Below, piece by piece: positions 24,932 through 39,300 of a stretch of DNA of 64,000 nucleotides (its first letter is position 1; each line of letters starts with the position of its first letter). A program made the position numbers and the translations under genes. This DNA is from Kudoa neothunni (taxonomy: Eukaryota; Animalia; Cnidaria): assembly GCA_964304625.1 (NCBI GenBank), contig OZ199838.1, positions 10,001,741-10,065,740 of the forward strand, read 5' to 3'. A model generated the notes under the pieces. It was not told the origin of the DNA. It did not search any database and worked only from the letters and a program-made list of their open reading frames with translations.

Positions 24932-25968
24932 TTAAATATTTTTGTAAAGTTCGTAGATTTCGCCATCTTTGATAAGTGGACAAACAATATCCACTTTTTG
25001 ATAGTAATCAGGTATAGCTTCAAGGTTGGAGATTACTTGATCAAGCAAATTATCTCTAAAAGAAATGGGAGTGATTGATCCTTGTGAAGCTGTTTTTATG
25101 TGCACATGAAATCTCCAAAAAGATGGATGATAATGCACAAACAGTCTAACCATGTCTTTTGGAATGCCATACCTAGTTGACATGACTTCCTAAATAATAC
25201 ACTGAATAAAAATCAGGATTGTACAAAAGTACGTATGATGCTTCCTTAATTCTTTTCAAAAGTTCAATATGGTTTTGATTGAGATCTCTCAGTGATAGTA
25301 GATGAGAATCTTGAACGATAGCTTGTAGGTAGACATTCTCAAGTGTTTTTCCGTCCCATTTCATGTCTGCTAAAATCAAAAATCCCTCTTTATCGTTATC
25401 ATGCCGATAGGATATTCTATCTGATTCAGCTGTACCATCAAAAATGTTATCAATCCACTTTGAAACTGATTACAATTTTTCAATAAGAAACGATAACCTT
25501 ATTTTGAGATGGGATTTTATCCAATAAATACGGTATCAATGTATTTTTATAGAGGTCGAAAGTTTCGGTGAAGAATTCAACTCTGCTGGGAGAATACTTT
25601 CTAATAATTTTCTCATCAACTGGATATATTGATATTCCTTTCATTGAATTCATCGATGAAAATTCGGCAGTGAAATTATGATAAATATCGTTAACAAATT
25701 CGGTTTGCAAACTCTTCAGTTGATCCAACATTTTCGACAGCCAATCATCAGAAAACACTGTTTTCTCAATAACTATTATAGATTTTTCTTCTTTACCAGA
25801 TTCATCAGCAATAGAACCTTTTATTTAGTGAATCCCTCAAATTGAAAAACAACCGTATTATTTACCCAAAACAACTGCTCTCTTAGTGAAAATATCATTT
25901 GAAAGAATTTTTTCAAATTTAAAATATTTAAGGTATCTATTTTTCTCTTCCCACCCATTGCACTCCAT
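24932..25968 (-). CDS. DCPS: m7GpppX diphosphatase (scavenger decapping enzyme), multi-exon
   Basis: MECNGWEEKNRYLKYFKFEKILSND..., IVIEKTVF, FVNDIY, ADMKWDGKTLENVYLQAIV...LSLRDL, HIT region HYHPSFWRFHVH, LLDQVISNLE..PDYYQK; short GT-AG introns. Confidence 0.92.
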
Positions 25969-28299
25969 CTCGCTAACCGTGCGTTTTCTCGATCCCATGT
26001 GCCAATTACCACGCTAAGCCCCTTAACAGTAATAGCGACGCTCATTCAGGTCAAAAACTGATCGCGCGTGCGCCATATTATTAACATTAAATTTATTCCC
26101 TATTTGGATATTGTGAGCTGTACTAATAATGATGGTAAGAATAATAAAGTAACAATGAGAAGTATTTTCCCAGAATTCTCCATAACGATATTTAGAATTT
26201 TCTCAGTAATTAAAATATGTCGTACTCAAACAATTTAATATTGACTAATGATTGTTAAGACTCAATAAGACTTAGAAGCGGAGGTGTTGTGGGAAAAAAC
26301 TGATGTGTGAACATTGTTGAATTCAGTCAATTCCATTTTTATATTTTATTACTCATGAATGAACATGGTTGCATTTTGAACGTAAAATACTATATTATCT
26401 ACGTTAAGCTATTTCTATTAATCAAACATAAACTTAAATTGAATAAATAATAAACATATGTATCCATAAAATAAATATAGGTGCCATTTTAAACAGGCAC
26501 TAATCCAAACTTCAAGGCATTTTTATCCGAAAATTCCAGCCAAAAGTTGTTTCGGCTAGCGGTTGATGAAATTTCGGTTAGACGAAATTTTTTTATTCCA
26601 AATGTACATCATTTTCAAATAAAAATAACAGGATTGAACAAGAGCATGGCAAGATAACAAATTTATGACAATGTAATCGTTAAATCACTAGGCGGAACGA
26701 CTGCACAATCTCTGGTTCACATTGCGCACGCGTTGAACATTTTTTACAGAAATAAAACATATCACAATGAGGATTTAGTTAGAATATAATTCTTTAAATA
26801 TTCCCAAACCATTCATAGACGATAAAAATCTAATTTAATGATAACATTTTTTAACTACAGAATGAATACATAGATAAGACAATGACATGTTTTAAAAATA
26901 TGGAATTATTGTCAACCCTTTTATTACACAAAATAAAAATTATCCAATATTCGTAACAATAACATATATATTATTTTGAAATAAAATAAAGAACGCAGTA
27001 ATAAATAAACAAATATTTTTAAAGTAAAAGTTATATGTGAATAGAGCTCTAACTGTACTGTCCGTTGTTCGTATTTATATCAAATGCTTATTTTTATTCA
27101 AATTTTTATTTTTTAAACATAACGTACTATAACCATTTTTTTAAAACAATTATTATTCATTTATTTTTTTCGTAAGTTTCTTAATTTAATAAATGTAATA
27201 AATTATTTATCAACTACAAAATTATATGTAGTATTATAAATAATTTATGAAGACACGTGTACAGCCACTTTTATATATTTAGAATATCAACAATAAAAAT
27301 TTACAAACTAAAAAAAGTGTTGATGAATCTATTTATTGATTACAAATATTTAAGAAAGTAATTTTATATAATGAAAATTAAGGTGTTTTTGTGAAATGTG
27401 TAAATAGTTTATTTTCAAAGTTTTTCAATGTTTAGTTTCTAGATTGAAATTATAAAAATCCCAAGTAACAATAATACAAAACTTTTGAGCTTCGAAATTA
27501 TTAAGAAAATGAGAATATATAGTGTTTTGTTGCATCACGATGCAGATTGCACGTGTATCCGGCATTGATCGGGCGAAGAGTTGTGAAAGTTTATAAATTT
27601 TAATTTTTGGAGAAATATGTGGTTTCAGTATTATTGTATTTTATCATGAAAACCCGCAAATAAAAAAAAATAAAAAGCACGCAAGACAGGATATTGCATT
27701 TCATTTTGACCTGTAAAGTAATTGAACAATTATAATTAGTATTAATGTTTTTATTGTGTTGAATATTTTTTTAACTAAAAATAAAAGAAAAAAATAATAA
27801 ATTTAGAAGATAAGGAGTATATTTCCAGAAGCTATTAATTTGAACCTTGGCAAGGTTTACGATTGTGTAGTTGAGTTAAATAAAATTTTGTATTTTTATT
27901 ATTTTGATGGTACCATAAATTGATTAATATTTATTAGCCTTTATCTTAATAAATAAAATAATGCTGTATTAAAGGAATATTTGTTAACGAAAATACAAAT
28001 CATTACGCTAAATAGGTAGGTGTAGTATACACTATGGCTGAATGGCTAATGTCAGAAAATAATTTGTACAAAATAAAAGCATAATATTTGTAGACTAAAT
28101 TTTTAAATTTTCAAAATAAAAAAGAGATTACTATATTTCAGTATTAATGAAAAATGATATAAAATAAATAATCTGTTCCAACAATTAACCGATCTTGGAA
28201 ATAACTTTGAAATTTTTTGATTAATTTTAAAACCTTTATCAGTCCGTATGATATTCTGATATAGCAAAATAAATTAATCCTAAAATGGGTAAAAATGGT

Positions 28300-28800
28300 A
28301 CATCCATCTATAGGAACGATAATTTCTCCGTCAATCCATCAGACATACAAATTGGCAACAAACGATGTATCCATTGTTATATATTTTTCAATAACGATAA
28401 ACGTTTCCCATATTTTTTCCGGACACACCTCTTTTTATTTTTAATAATCTTGTTTTAAGATGTGCCCATCTATCTTCCATGCTGTTCGTGTGATCTCCCT
28501 GAGCGTTTACATATGTAATGGAGTGATAAACTTTTCGGTGTTCAAAACCGAGCTCTATTAATGGGTTGTATGCTGGCCAACAATCACTGAAAATAGTGGA
28601 ATTTTGCATGACCTCATTTTTGATAATGGGAATGAGTGTTTTAATATCCTTTTTTAGAACCACAAATAACCTAATTTCCTCCATTCTTCTTTTTTTTCTC
28701 AAGGATTTTGCGTAAGTATAGGCCAAAGACTCACGGTCCATCAATTCGATTGTTGTAGCGTTCTTTTTTCTTTAAACAAACTAACCAAATGACATTGCCA
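28300..28800 (-). mobile_element. Merlin/IS1595-type transposase remnant
   Basis: TLIPIIKNEVMQNSTIFSDCWPAY...EHRKVYHS...HTNSMEDRWAHLK...RGVS. Confidence 0.85.
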
Positions 28801-29229
28801 ATAATGTAAGATTTTACTATCAGAAGTGGATTCGTCATTTTCAGATTTACTTGGAAAATGGCTATCGTCTGATTGTACTAAAATACATCAAATTTGAAAT
28901 GACATTTATCCTTACGTAGCTATCTTCCTTGATTATGTTTCCGTTTCCCTCTCAAGAGAGATTGATCTATTTAAATATTATAATATTACGTATCACCTAC
29001 GTAGTTAATTTTTACAAATATACAAAAAACTTTCACAATTTGAATTAATTAGAGCTTTAGAATTAATGTCGATAATCCCATATTGCTTACTCTTTTTTTG
29101 TCCCTAACTTAAAAGTATTATATCGCCAACAATTCTTGAATCAAACTAATTACGGCAAGTAGAGAATACGAACAAAAAGCAGTGCAACAATTATCGGTAT
29201 CAAACCAATTCAACGCATCAAATCCCAAC

Positions 29230-29575
29230 TCAGTCCCACTAGGGATAAAAACCGGGGTTAAGTTCAAAATAACTACCACTGGGCCACCCATATTTCCCCG
29301 ACCCAGAATATTGGACCCTGCTAGACTAACAGCTGCCAAAACTTAGTTTACAAAAAAAGCCTCCGGAATAATAAGACGTTCATCAAGCCAGTGGGCATCA
29401 CCACTTCACATGGTGAAAAAGAAAAATGGAGAATGGCGCCTTTATAGAGACTACATGCGAATCGACAACATCACTTTGCCAGATAGGTACCTAGTGCCCA
29501 ACCTCCAAGACTTTTCCCAATCACTACTAAACTTCACGATCTTCTCAAAAATTGACTTGGTTAGAGGATACAATA
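29230..29575 (+). mobile_element. Ty3/Gypsy reverse transcriptase fragment
   Basis: TTGPPIFPRPR, GIIRRSSSQWASPLHMVKKKNGEWR..DY..D...LPDRYLVP, FSKIDLVRGY; truncated before YxDD. Confidence 0.88.
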
Positions 29576-30246
29576 GTGTATGGCTCCAACGCAATTTTTA
29601 ATAATTGGTTTATAACTAGGCGAATTTAATGAACCAACTACGATATAACGCTCATACTCATCAGAAATTTTTAATAAAAAATAGGTTTACACATTAATGA
29701 AATCAGTTTTGCAATATCTTAGCTATTCTAGGAGATATCCTTTACCGTAAGAATAACCACTGCTTAATAATATAATTACTTAGAAATTCTGAAGTACGAC
29801 ACAAACCCATAATGTAAAAATTGTCCCTATATAATATTGATTTCATTTATATTCCAATATTTATTCATATTTTGAGTAAAAGTTCCTGATTATGTGTTTT
29901 TTTATTTTTATAAATATTTCAAAAGGTCGGATTAACTCACATAGTGCAATTATGACAATTATGGGAAGTGCAACCCACTAAATTTATCGATTTGATGAGT
30001 GTGTAATTTATTAACAACTTACGTTATGAAAGAAAACATATAGATTATAAAAGTGAGTAATTATTTAAATAAATGTTTGAGATAATAAGGAACTGAAACG
30101 ATAATAAACCAATATTTATATATTTATTTAAGCAGACTGAGCAAAACAATATTAACCATAAAATTATGTCGATCAGAACATTATTACGGAAAAATGCCGC
30201 GAAAAATCAAAACTATATCGAAAGAGTTTGAATATTTGATTAAATA

Positions 30247-33200
30247 TTAAAATATGTCAATGTTTTTCACAAATTTTAATATATGTGAGTAGATATCATT
30301 TGAAGACATAGTTTGATCGATGGTTTTTAGTTGGTCAATAAATTTTTCTAATTTGTACCTGTCGTTGACTAAAGAATTGAGTGGTTCACTTTGAATGCCT
30401 AGAGAATTATGTTACACACAAGAAAACATTGAACTTGAGCTAAAATAATTAAATGAATGGAAAAATTACAATTATTTTCAAGTTTATCTAGTGTCCTTGA
30501 AGCGGCATCAGTTACTTCTTTGGGGAATTTTGTGAGCGATGCCACATACAATCCGAAACTTTTATCACTTGAGCCATTCTCCACTTTGTATAGCATGATT
30601 AACGTTTTATTGTGATCGTTTAAAGCTGCCTTTAGATGCATATTTTTAACTCCAGGGTATTTATTTTCAAGCTCAGTCAACTCAGTGAAATGTGTTGCAA
30701 ACAACGTGAAACACCCCTTAATTTTGCCAATGATATGTTCAGATATAGCCCAGGAAAGACCAAATCCATCAAAGGTAGAGGTTCCTCGGCCTAGCTCATC
30801 AATCATTATCAAACTTTTATCGGTAGCGTTCTAAGTATGAATTTATTCAACATTTAACATTTATATATAAACAACCTTAACGATATAGGAAATATCAGTT
30901 ATTTCAGCCATAAACGTAGACATTCCTCTCATTAGATAATCATTTGAACCGATTCTTGTGAATATTTTATCGACGATCGAAATTTCAGCAGAGTCACAAG
31001 GAACAAAACAACCAATCTGTGCCATGAGAACACATAAGCCGATCTAAAAATTATGTTACGATATTTAATTACTGTTAGTCATTTGATTTTATACTTGACG
31101 AATGTAGGTTGATTTTCCACCCATGTTGGGACCGGTTATAACAACAAAACCACTTTCATCTGTCAACCAAAATGTAAGCATACAAAAATCACATAAAAAT
31201 GTTGCTACTTTGAATAAGTTCGACATCATTAGGAATGAATGAGTTGATCGATGAAGCCATATCCAAATCACAAATCCATTCGAGACAAGGATGCCTTGAT
31301 TGTTTAAGAATTATTCTTCGAGGTAAATTATTATTTTGGTGATCCTGCTCATCGAATAGAACCGGTCTGACATAGTGATGAGGTGAATTATTGACAAGGG
31401 TAGCCAAAGAAATCACCACATCCAAAAGGGCAATAATACCACCAACCGAATTGATTAAACTTCCATAACTGACCGCGATTTCAATCAAATCTTTGATGTA
31501 GGCAGTTTGGATTTGGTTGTATTGTTTGTCGAGTTTAACATATTTATCACTCAAACTTTCTAGCCGACTATTCACAAACCTTACACCATCTTTAAGTGTT
31601 TCAAGAATAGTGAAGTTTTTATTGTTGGTGACAGCCTTAGCATCTTTAATAGTGACTCTGTAATAATGGCCTCGATGATTTGCAAATTCTTGTTTCAAAG
31701 TTTTGTTTGCCTCGAGATTTAAATCTTCGGCGACCTTAGTTCGAAAAAGAACTTTAACAATTATCTCAAAATCTAAAAAGTTACTTCAACAAGATTTTTA
31801 TCCATTTTAGCCTTCAGCTTGGAAATTTTGGATGCCAACTCACCAAGAGCACAATCCACACTTGGATTTATGCGATACTCATTAGACGATGGAACACTGA
31901 CATCCATACACACAACATCTTCAATCATTTGAATATATTTTTCAAATGATTTAAATGCATCCTATAAAAATATTTTTTAAAAGTATAATAAATTAGACTA
32001 TAAGTTGAAATTTTACTAATAGAGGTTGAATGAAAGTGGTCCTTAGAACGGGTTCGTAGTCCAGTTTATGGTCTGGTAATGATCGGGCTAATTTGACAAG
32101 GATGTCAACCAAATTAGGTAGTACTCTAACTGTTTTATACACTTTGACACAATCCTATTCAATAGGAAAAATGAGAAACATTAAAATAATATGTTGAAAC
32201 CCTTGATGTAGGTGAAAAATTTAATTTAGTCCCTTCCGGAAGGTATTAGATATTCCTTAAAAAAAGAAAATTTAAATATTAATGGATTCCGCGTAACGTA
32301 TACAAATAATCTGTACATTCATGCATATACAGTGGGTGACGGGTGGTTCATAATTTGAGAAAATGTTACAACATTTACGTCCACAAAAGATTATCATAAA
32401 TCAGCGCCTCTATATATCTCCAATATAAAATTAGCTCCAAGAATTGAGTAAAGATAATTTCGTTTTCTTGTTTCAGCGTAATTTTAATATTTTAAAATTT
32501 CCCAAAAAACTACGATCTTTTTACATTTTTACATCTAAATTCATTAATAATCAGTCTCATTCCTAACTTAATTAGGTAATTCGAAAGTTTCGTTCTTCAA
32601 TTTTTTGAATTAAACACGTCTCGTAAGATATTTCTACATTTTATTAAAAAAAAAGAAATCTGATTAAACTAGGAAAAATAAAGATGCATACGATAAGTCA
32701 TGGTCCACATAAAATTTTTCAGAAATTGCTTTCTATTGAGATGGAATCTCGAATCCCCAATTGGGAAGTTCAGTTTTAAAATTTAAATGGAGAATACGCA
32801 GGTGCAACAAAAATTATATACATCCCTCAGTTCTCATCCATGGGTTACACATAGTTACGTTTGAGATATATTGTATAAAATATATTCTATTTACAATAGA
32901 GTCTCGATACAGCGTGGTTCAATAAGGCGTAAATGGAAGTTTATATAAAAGTTTAGACTGAATTATAAAATATTTCGATTGATATAGTTACGTAAATTTT
33001 ACAACTTATGCATATTTTAGTGAGTTGCCATAGCGAAATAGACATGTCAATTTTTAATCCGATTAATCCTCGAATTTACATATCTAAACTTCCTCTATAA
33101 CGAGTTTTCAGAGAAGTTTAAATAATAAATAAAAAAATAAAGTATTAGAATAACTTATGGTGCAATCCAACTATAATTTAAAGGAGAAAATATACTCAAG

Positions 33201-36200
33201 TCGATAAAATTTATAAATAGGAATTAAAATATGAAGAAGACAGATTTTTATGTAAAAAAATAATACAGCTCGTAGAGCTCAAATACAAGCGCGATCTTTA
33301 CTACTAAAAAGGCCATTACTATTAACGTCTCGAATCAATATGCTACTTGAACTCTCCTATGAATAAATCAGATGAAACAATTAAACCATAAAGATAGATG
33401 ATCTCCTTTATAAAATTTTAGTCTCAACTTCACAAGCGTGTGTCTCGATATTAACTATTGATTTATTACGAAGTGGTTAATCTCATGTCCCAATGTAATA
33501 CGCCATATCAAGGCCTTGCTGTAATTATTTACCACCAAATAATGAGTTCAAAAGAGGGAAAAAATGAACTGTAGTCAAAACTACACAAGGGGTTTAAATA
33601 TTAGGGGCAAATCAGCACTTATTCTATCAATAACTTTTCACAAAATGTTTATTTCCTTTTTCCCCTTGATGTATTTAATAATATAATGGAGTCTTAAGTT
33701 TAATATTTTTGCTTAAAATAAAAAATCACGATATTGATTAAAAAAGCACATCATACTGCCAAATTATCTCATCATTTTCCGCGTCCCCCAGAGCAATTCA
33801 TTACACGCTTAAAAATTTCCATGCTCCACGAAAAATTTTTCACATCCACCAGCAGGGCGAGGGCCCAACGTTGGGAAATGATGGTTTAGACAGTTAGAAT
33901 ATATAAAAAAGCTTTTGTGCAATAAACTAAACATTATAAATGGATCTTGAAGCATGGAATTTTTTAAAATTCATTAAATTGTTTCTATAACAACTTGACT
34001 CTGTTATCTAACTTAATCTGGCATGGAAACCGCGCACATTATAATAATTTTGTTAAATTATACATCAAAAAAAAGTCGTGAGTTAAATATAGTTGTTTAA
34101 AGTTTAATTTGGACCATATAAATCTACCACATTTCTGTCAACAGGGGAAGAGATTTCATATTAAGATCATGGATTTTGAGAATAAAACAAAACCTTATCT
34201 ATTAAAATAATAATAGGAAGAAGAAAATGTGAAACCCGAAACAACAATAAAACAGTTTAGCTCTAATTTTTCACCTTATTCAAAGTATGTACAAGCATAA
34301 TTATTCCTATTCTTCGCATTTGCACAAATAAGCGTCACAAAAATGCAACGATTTTTATTATTTTAACACATTTTTGCGTGCGGTCACAATGGCCACCTCC
34401 AAGTATTCGTGTAACTTTTTTCCTGGGGTGTTCGAGGGTTAATTAAAACGTAACCACTTAAAAAATTTGTAACTACAATTGCATAAATGTATTTTTGAGT
34501 TAATTTGGTGGTATAGACAACCATTATTCCTTCTTAAAAATATCAATTAATCTCAATCTTATTTCATGTGTAAAGATTAGAAACAATGACTGAGCTGTTA
34601 AATAATTAGGGTGTGCCAATCGATTATCTTATATTCCGGAAGGGTTAAAAAAGGTTGCGATCAGTATAAAAATACATACCGTCAACTTTGCTTTTCTACT
34701 AAGAAATCTTGAAAACGTTTTAGCAAAATCGGGAAAATGAGCCAAAAAATCATTCTAAAATAACTCATTAAATTGTAGAGACGACGTATTTAGAAACTTG
34801 AATGGTCTGACAAACTTCACCCATCTTAACAAAACAATCCAAAAGATCGAGTCTCTCATCTAAAATTCATTAATCACACACCAAATCATTACGAATACTT
34901 ATATGCTGTTTATTTTTTAATGGTTGACTTAGCCATTTTCTCAGCAACCTCATACCCTGAGGCGTTTGACAATTGTTCAAAAGACCATATAATGTGGATT
35001 GTTTTATTTGACCTATGGATTGATTGTGTTGTGAAACAGTGTCACTTGGAAACAAAGAAAACGCTCTAACGACCGAACGATCCATGGAAACAAATTGTTC
35101 ATGATCGAATATTTCCATGTTGTATTTTCCTGCATTACTTGACGCAACTTTGTCCTCCTACACACAGATCGCAAAATGATAAATTTGACCGATAATCTCG
35201 ACAAAAAATTATCACATTTTTATAATGAAGAATGGTCATTGCACAATGGAGTGATGTTTTGTATTTGAGTTGCGCTTGCTTTAAGATGGCTATTGATTTA
35301 TAATCGATGAAATTAGCTATTGCAGCTTGATTTTCTTTGTTAATTTTAAGAAAAGTGGTAAGAATATTTTGTGATGCGAGTATTTTTTCAAGGGAACTAG
35401 TTTGATGGTTGCCCGATTTTCCCGCACCAACTATCAAACATTCACAAGGATTGAGTTGATACAGGAATGACTGAATGAGAAGCAATTAAATTATTCGATC
35501 AAACTATAAAAGAAGCGAATTACGCTAGTTTCAAGAAAACTCTCATCATCGATATAGTGAGCGATCCCAACGATCAAATCGGTATTGTTGCAGTAAGCAA
35601 CTGAAACTTCAACCTACAAAAAGTAGAAAAATTCCAACAAAAATAACTAACTTGATTGTTTTTAAACGAAACACTTAAGCAAATGATAACATTGGTTGAA
35701 ACACGATTTTTAAAAATAATATCATCGAATTGTTCAAGACTGCCAGGCGAAGCAGTGGATGCCAATTCAAAAGTTTGATCGAAGGAGATTCGCCATATTT
35801 CAACCTTTAGACGTTTTCTTAACAGAATGTCTTCAATGAGTTTATGAAATTTGTTCACATTTGTGATTTCAAAAAGTGGCACTGTTTGCGAACCTATTTG
35901 AAGATATACAATAATCAGCGGCAAAATATCACCAATTTACCAATAGTGAAATTGTTGCTTAGATTTTTGGAATTATGAAGTATAGAAGCGGCTAATTGCG
36001 CATCTTCATTCACCAAAACATAACAATTATCCTGAAAAATCAAGATTTTTAAACGAACAATAATGCATTATTTCCACTACTTTGTAGCATAGAAATCGAA
36101 TCACAGTATTGGGTTTCTAATTTAACAATTAATCAATAATCTAACTAATACTCACATGTATACTTCTGGAAGTAAGGCAATATTTTTAAGGTAAAGCTTT

Positions 36201-36211
36201 TGATCTTCCAT
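30247..36211 (-). CDS. MSH2: DNA mismatch repair protein MSH2, multi-exon
   Basis: N-terminal [11 protein letters not shown]...EDAQLAA; [26 protein letters not shown]; Walker [16 protein letters not shown]; STFMAE; [24 protein letters not shown]; FATHFTELT; SFGLYVA. One ~2.5 kb intron (34679 to ~32155). Confidence 0.95.
32231..34644. mobile_element. Non-coding piggyBac-like element filling the long MSH2 intron
   Basis: Inverted CCCTTCCGGAA at 32231 and TTCCGGAAGGG|TTAA at 34644; left flank is TAGT rather than TTAA. Confidence 0.6.
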
Positions 36212-36352
36212 TGTGAGGGATGTGCGGGAATGCAATAATGAGGTCTATTCGGGTATGATCGCCCACAGGATTAACTCCATCAATAACATTTATTTGTGAT
36301 TGTTTTTGATTCGTTGATTCGTCCACCAAACAAGAAGCTGTATATCTACACT
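36212..36352. promoter_or_regulatory. Putative bidirectional promoter shared by MSH2 and TBCK
   Basis: Divergent inferred ATGs at 36211 (-) and 36353 (+), 141 bp apart. Confidence 0.6.
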
Positions 36353-39300
36353 ATGGAAAAAGTGAATATTGGTGTGATAACATTTTTATGTAAAAATCAT
36401 TCAAAATTGGGTGTGGATGATGAGGTGGATGTTGATAACGAATCATCAACAAAACTACGAATCGAAACAAACACATCACATAAAAATCTTCCAAATTCTA
36501 TTAAAATTCATGGTCTTTTTCAAAATCTTATCAATATTAAACACGAAAATCTATGCGAATACATCGATGTTCATAGAAAACATGGTACACAATATATCGT
36601 GAATTTCCACTAAATCAACACACATATAGACAGAATAACAGTGGTTATGGAACATTATACTGTGAATTTGTTGGATATGTCACCACAGAAAATAGATATC
36701 GATCAGTTGTTCTATCATCTACTTAAAGGTTTAAATTTTGCGCATAAGAAGGGGATTGTAACCAGAAATATTCATCCAAAAAATATTTTATTTAAAAAAA
36801 ATGTATAAAAATCTATTCTTATTAGATTATGCTTGTTATATTGGATTGTATAGTAATTATTTTTATACGTAATTTAGAATGTAGCTTGTTTGAGTGGTTT
36901 TGGTTTATTTTATATGACCAACTATGGAGAATATGTATCTTTTCCTATTGGGTAATTTTATATGTTGTAGATTTGATTTGTTAAGATGGTTGGTTGATGT
37001 GTCATAATTTTATCTAGTTATCCTTTGTATTTACCCTTAGAAACTATTAATTCTGTGTGCCAACCTAGCGACTATTATTTCACAAACACGATGGTAATCT
37101 TTGACTAGTTAATATGTAGTTTTGAGTTGATATTGGATTTTCAAACAGAAGTGTGATGTGTGGATGCTTGGAATGTGCATTCTAGATTGGATTACAGTAT
37201 TTTTTCTGATTCTTATCAAATAATACTCAGTTACTAGGGATTTACCATACTTGGCAATGAAAGAAATGAGATTGAAGTCATTGTGGATTTCCTTAATGAA
37301 ATTCATAAAAATTCACAGTGTATTTGACCATTTTGTGTATTCAGTTGATTAGATAGTCAACTGACTAATGGAGTTAAAAACAATTTGTAAATACATAGAT
37401 TAAACAATTTACCTTATTTTCTAATTATTTGTTATAGAAAAAATTTGAGATTAATATTTTATAGTTTAAAAATATTAATTTATTTTTATACAGTATTTCA
37501 ACATCAAATTGCTATTGATACATGTGCTAACATAATTTGCCAAATGGAATCGAACCCTTTAAGATTATAATAGGCATTACATTATTAAATCAACATAGTT
37601 TTTCTCTAGGAATCTTTAATTTATTTATAAATATCCTTATTCAGGTTTATATCAGTTGTGTAAAAACACATATCGACATTTTTCTGTAAGAAATCATTTA
37701 TTAGTGAATATTTATTTTAAGATAATTAATATTTCCCTACCAGTTCGACCCCCTTATAAAAGTTTATTTTTCTTTCCTGAATATGGCGCGATTTAATCCA
37801 TTAATTTAATACGATGCAAAAAGCTCCGAAAAAAATAAGAAATTTATTCCCAAAATGACAAAAAGTAATATGACAGTTAATTTTCGATAATTTTGAGAAT
37901 TAAGACATTTAGTGAAGTATGTCTCAGCGTGATTAAAACAATTCGAGCATTGTGGAGAAGATATTTCTTAGGGCGAGTTTTCTATGGTTGTAATCAAATC
38001 ATGTTGATTTCGTGGATTTTTACTCCTAACGATGGATTTGAGTTGATGGAATAACTCCTCAATGGGATTTAGGAAGGGGAATATGGTGGAAGGAAGAGAA
38101 CTTTGTGTCTACTCGTATTAATAATGCTCATGACAGCATCAGTTTTATGAAACATCACATTGTCCATGATTATTAATGAATTTGGAACGTTATTTTCATC
38201 CAAATGGGAAAAGTTGATTGATGTGATCTGAAAAATCTGTTGAATTCACTGATCCTTCACACATTTTGAAGGTCCAAAGTTTGGTGTAGGCGATGGCTGC
38301 TATCAATGTGATATTATTTGATCTAGTTCCAATTAATGATAGGCCAAAGGTTCTTCGCATTGACAGCGAAAATCCAGATTCATCGATGAATACGATATGG
38401 GGTAACTCTGGTTTTAGATTAAGATATTGTAAAACATAATTAAAAAAAATTTAGATTAAAACTAAATTAACAACAACTTTTTTCTTTTAATTATGTGTTT
38501 TCAGGTGAATTTCGGGCGACTGGGATTAGTGATATTTTTTGTGGGAGTAATGGAAACTTCCCAAAACATTGCTTGTGATTTGCCTCGACGCATTTATTTG
38601 GTATTTTGTTTTTAATGCATCTGAAAGTGATTTCAATGTGATAGTGCAATCGGAATCGACATATTCAAGTATATGTTTTTTTGTTCCAGGCTTAAAATAG
38701 GTCATCTATCTCCATCTGTCTTTTTTTAAAAGTGTCAAATGTAGCGACGAACTGTTTTATTATTCGACCAACAGTAGTAGAATGGCATCTGACGGAATCA
38801 GCAAACTGCCACTTTGTATTTCCCTCCTTTAAATTAAAATTAAATATAATTTCAAACTCGCATAATCAAACATCTTAAAATTTAATAATAGCCGCTCTTG
38901 TGGTGACTTCAATTTTTGAAGATTGTTTTCTCGGTGAAATTCTAATTGTTGAAATTGTAAACTCTGAGTCGCTTGAACAGTGGTCAGACATCTTTTTTAG
39001 CGCATGTCGATTGCCATTTTTGATGTTGAAATACTGCGTTTAATGAAGAAAAATTTCGGATTGTTTGAAATATTTCAGCTATAATTTTATTAGAGTCGGG
39101 TTTATGTTATGTTTGACAACAATATAAGATCAATAATATTTATTTTAGACAATAAATTTAATCACTAATGCGATATTATTATAGCGGAGATTATTGGCAT
39201 GTTAGATTTTAATCGAAAGAGGCAGATACGCTTGCGCGATTAAAAATTGTAATCCCGGCAACTTCTACTTACAAACTTTATACAGGTTTAATTATTTCTA

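Noticed and set aside
25821-26045. 74-aa ORF as the DcpS N-terminus
   Set aside because: The DcpS-like first exon is in another frame, starting at ATG 25968.
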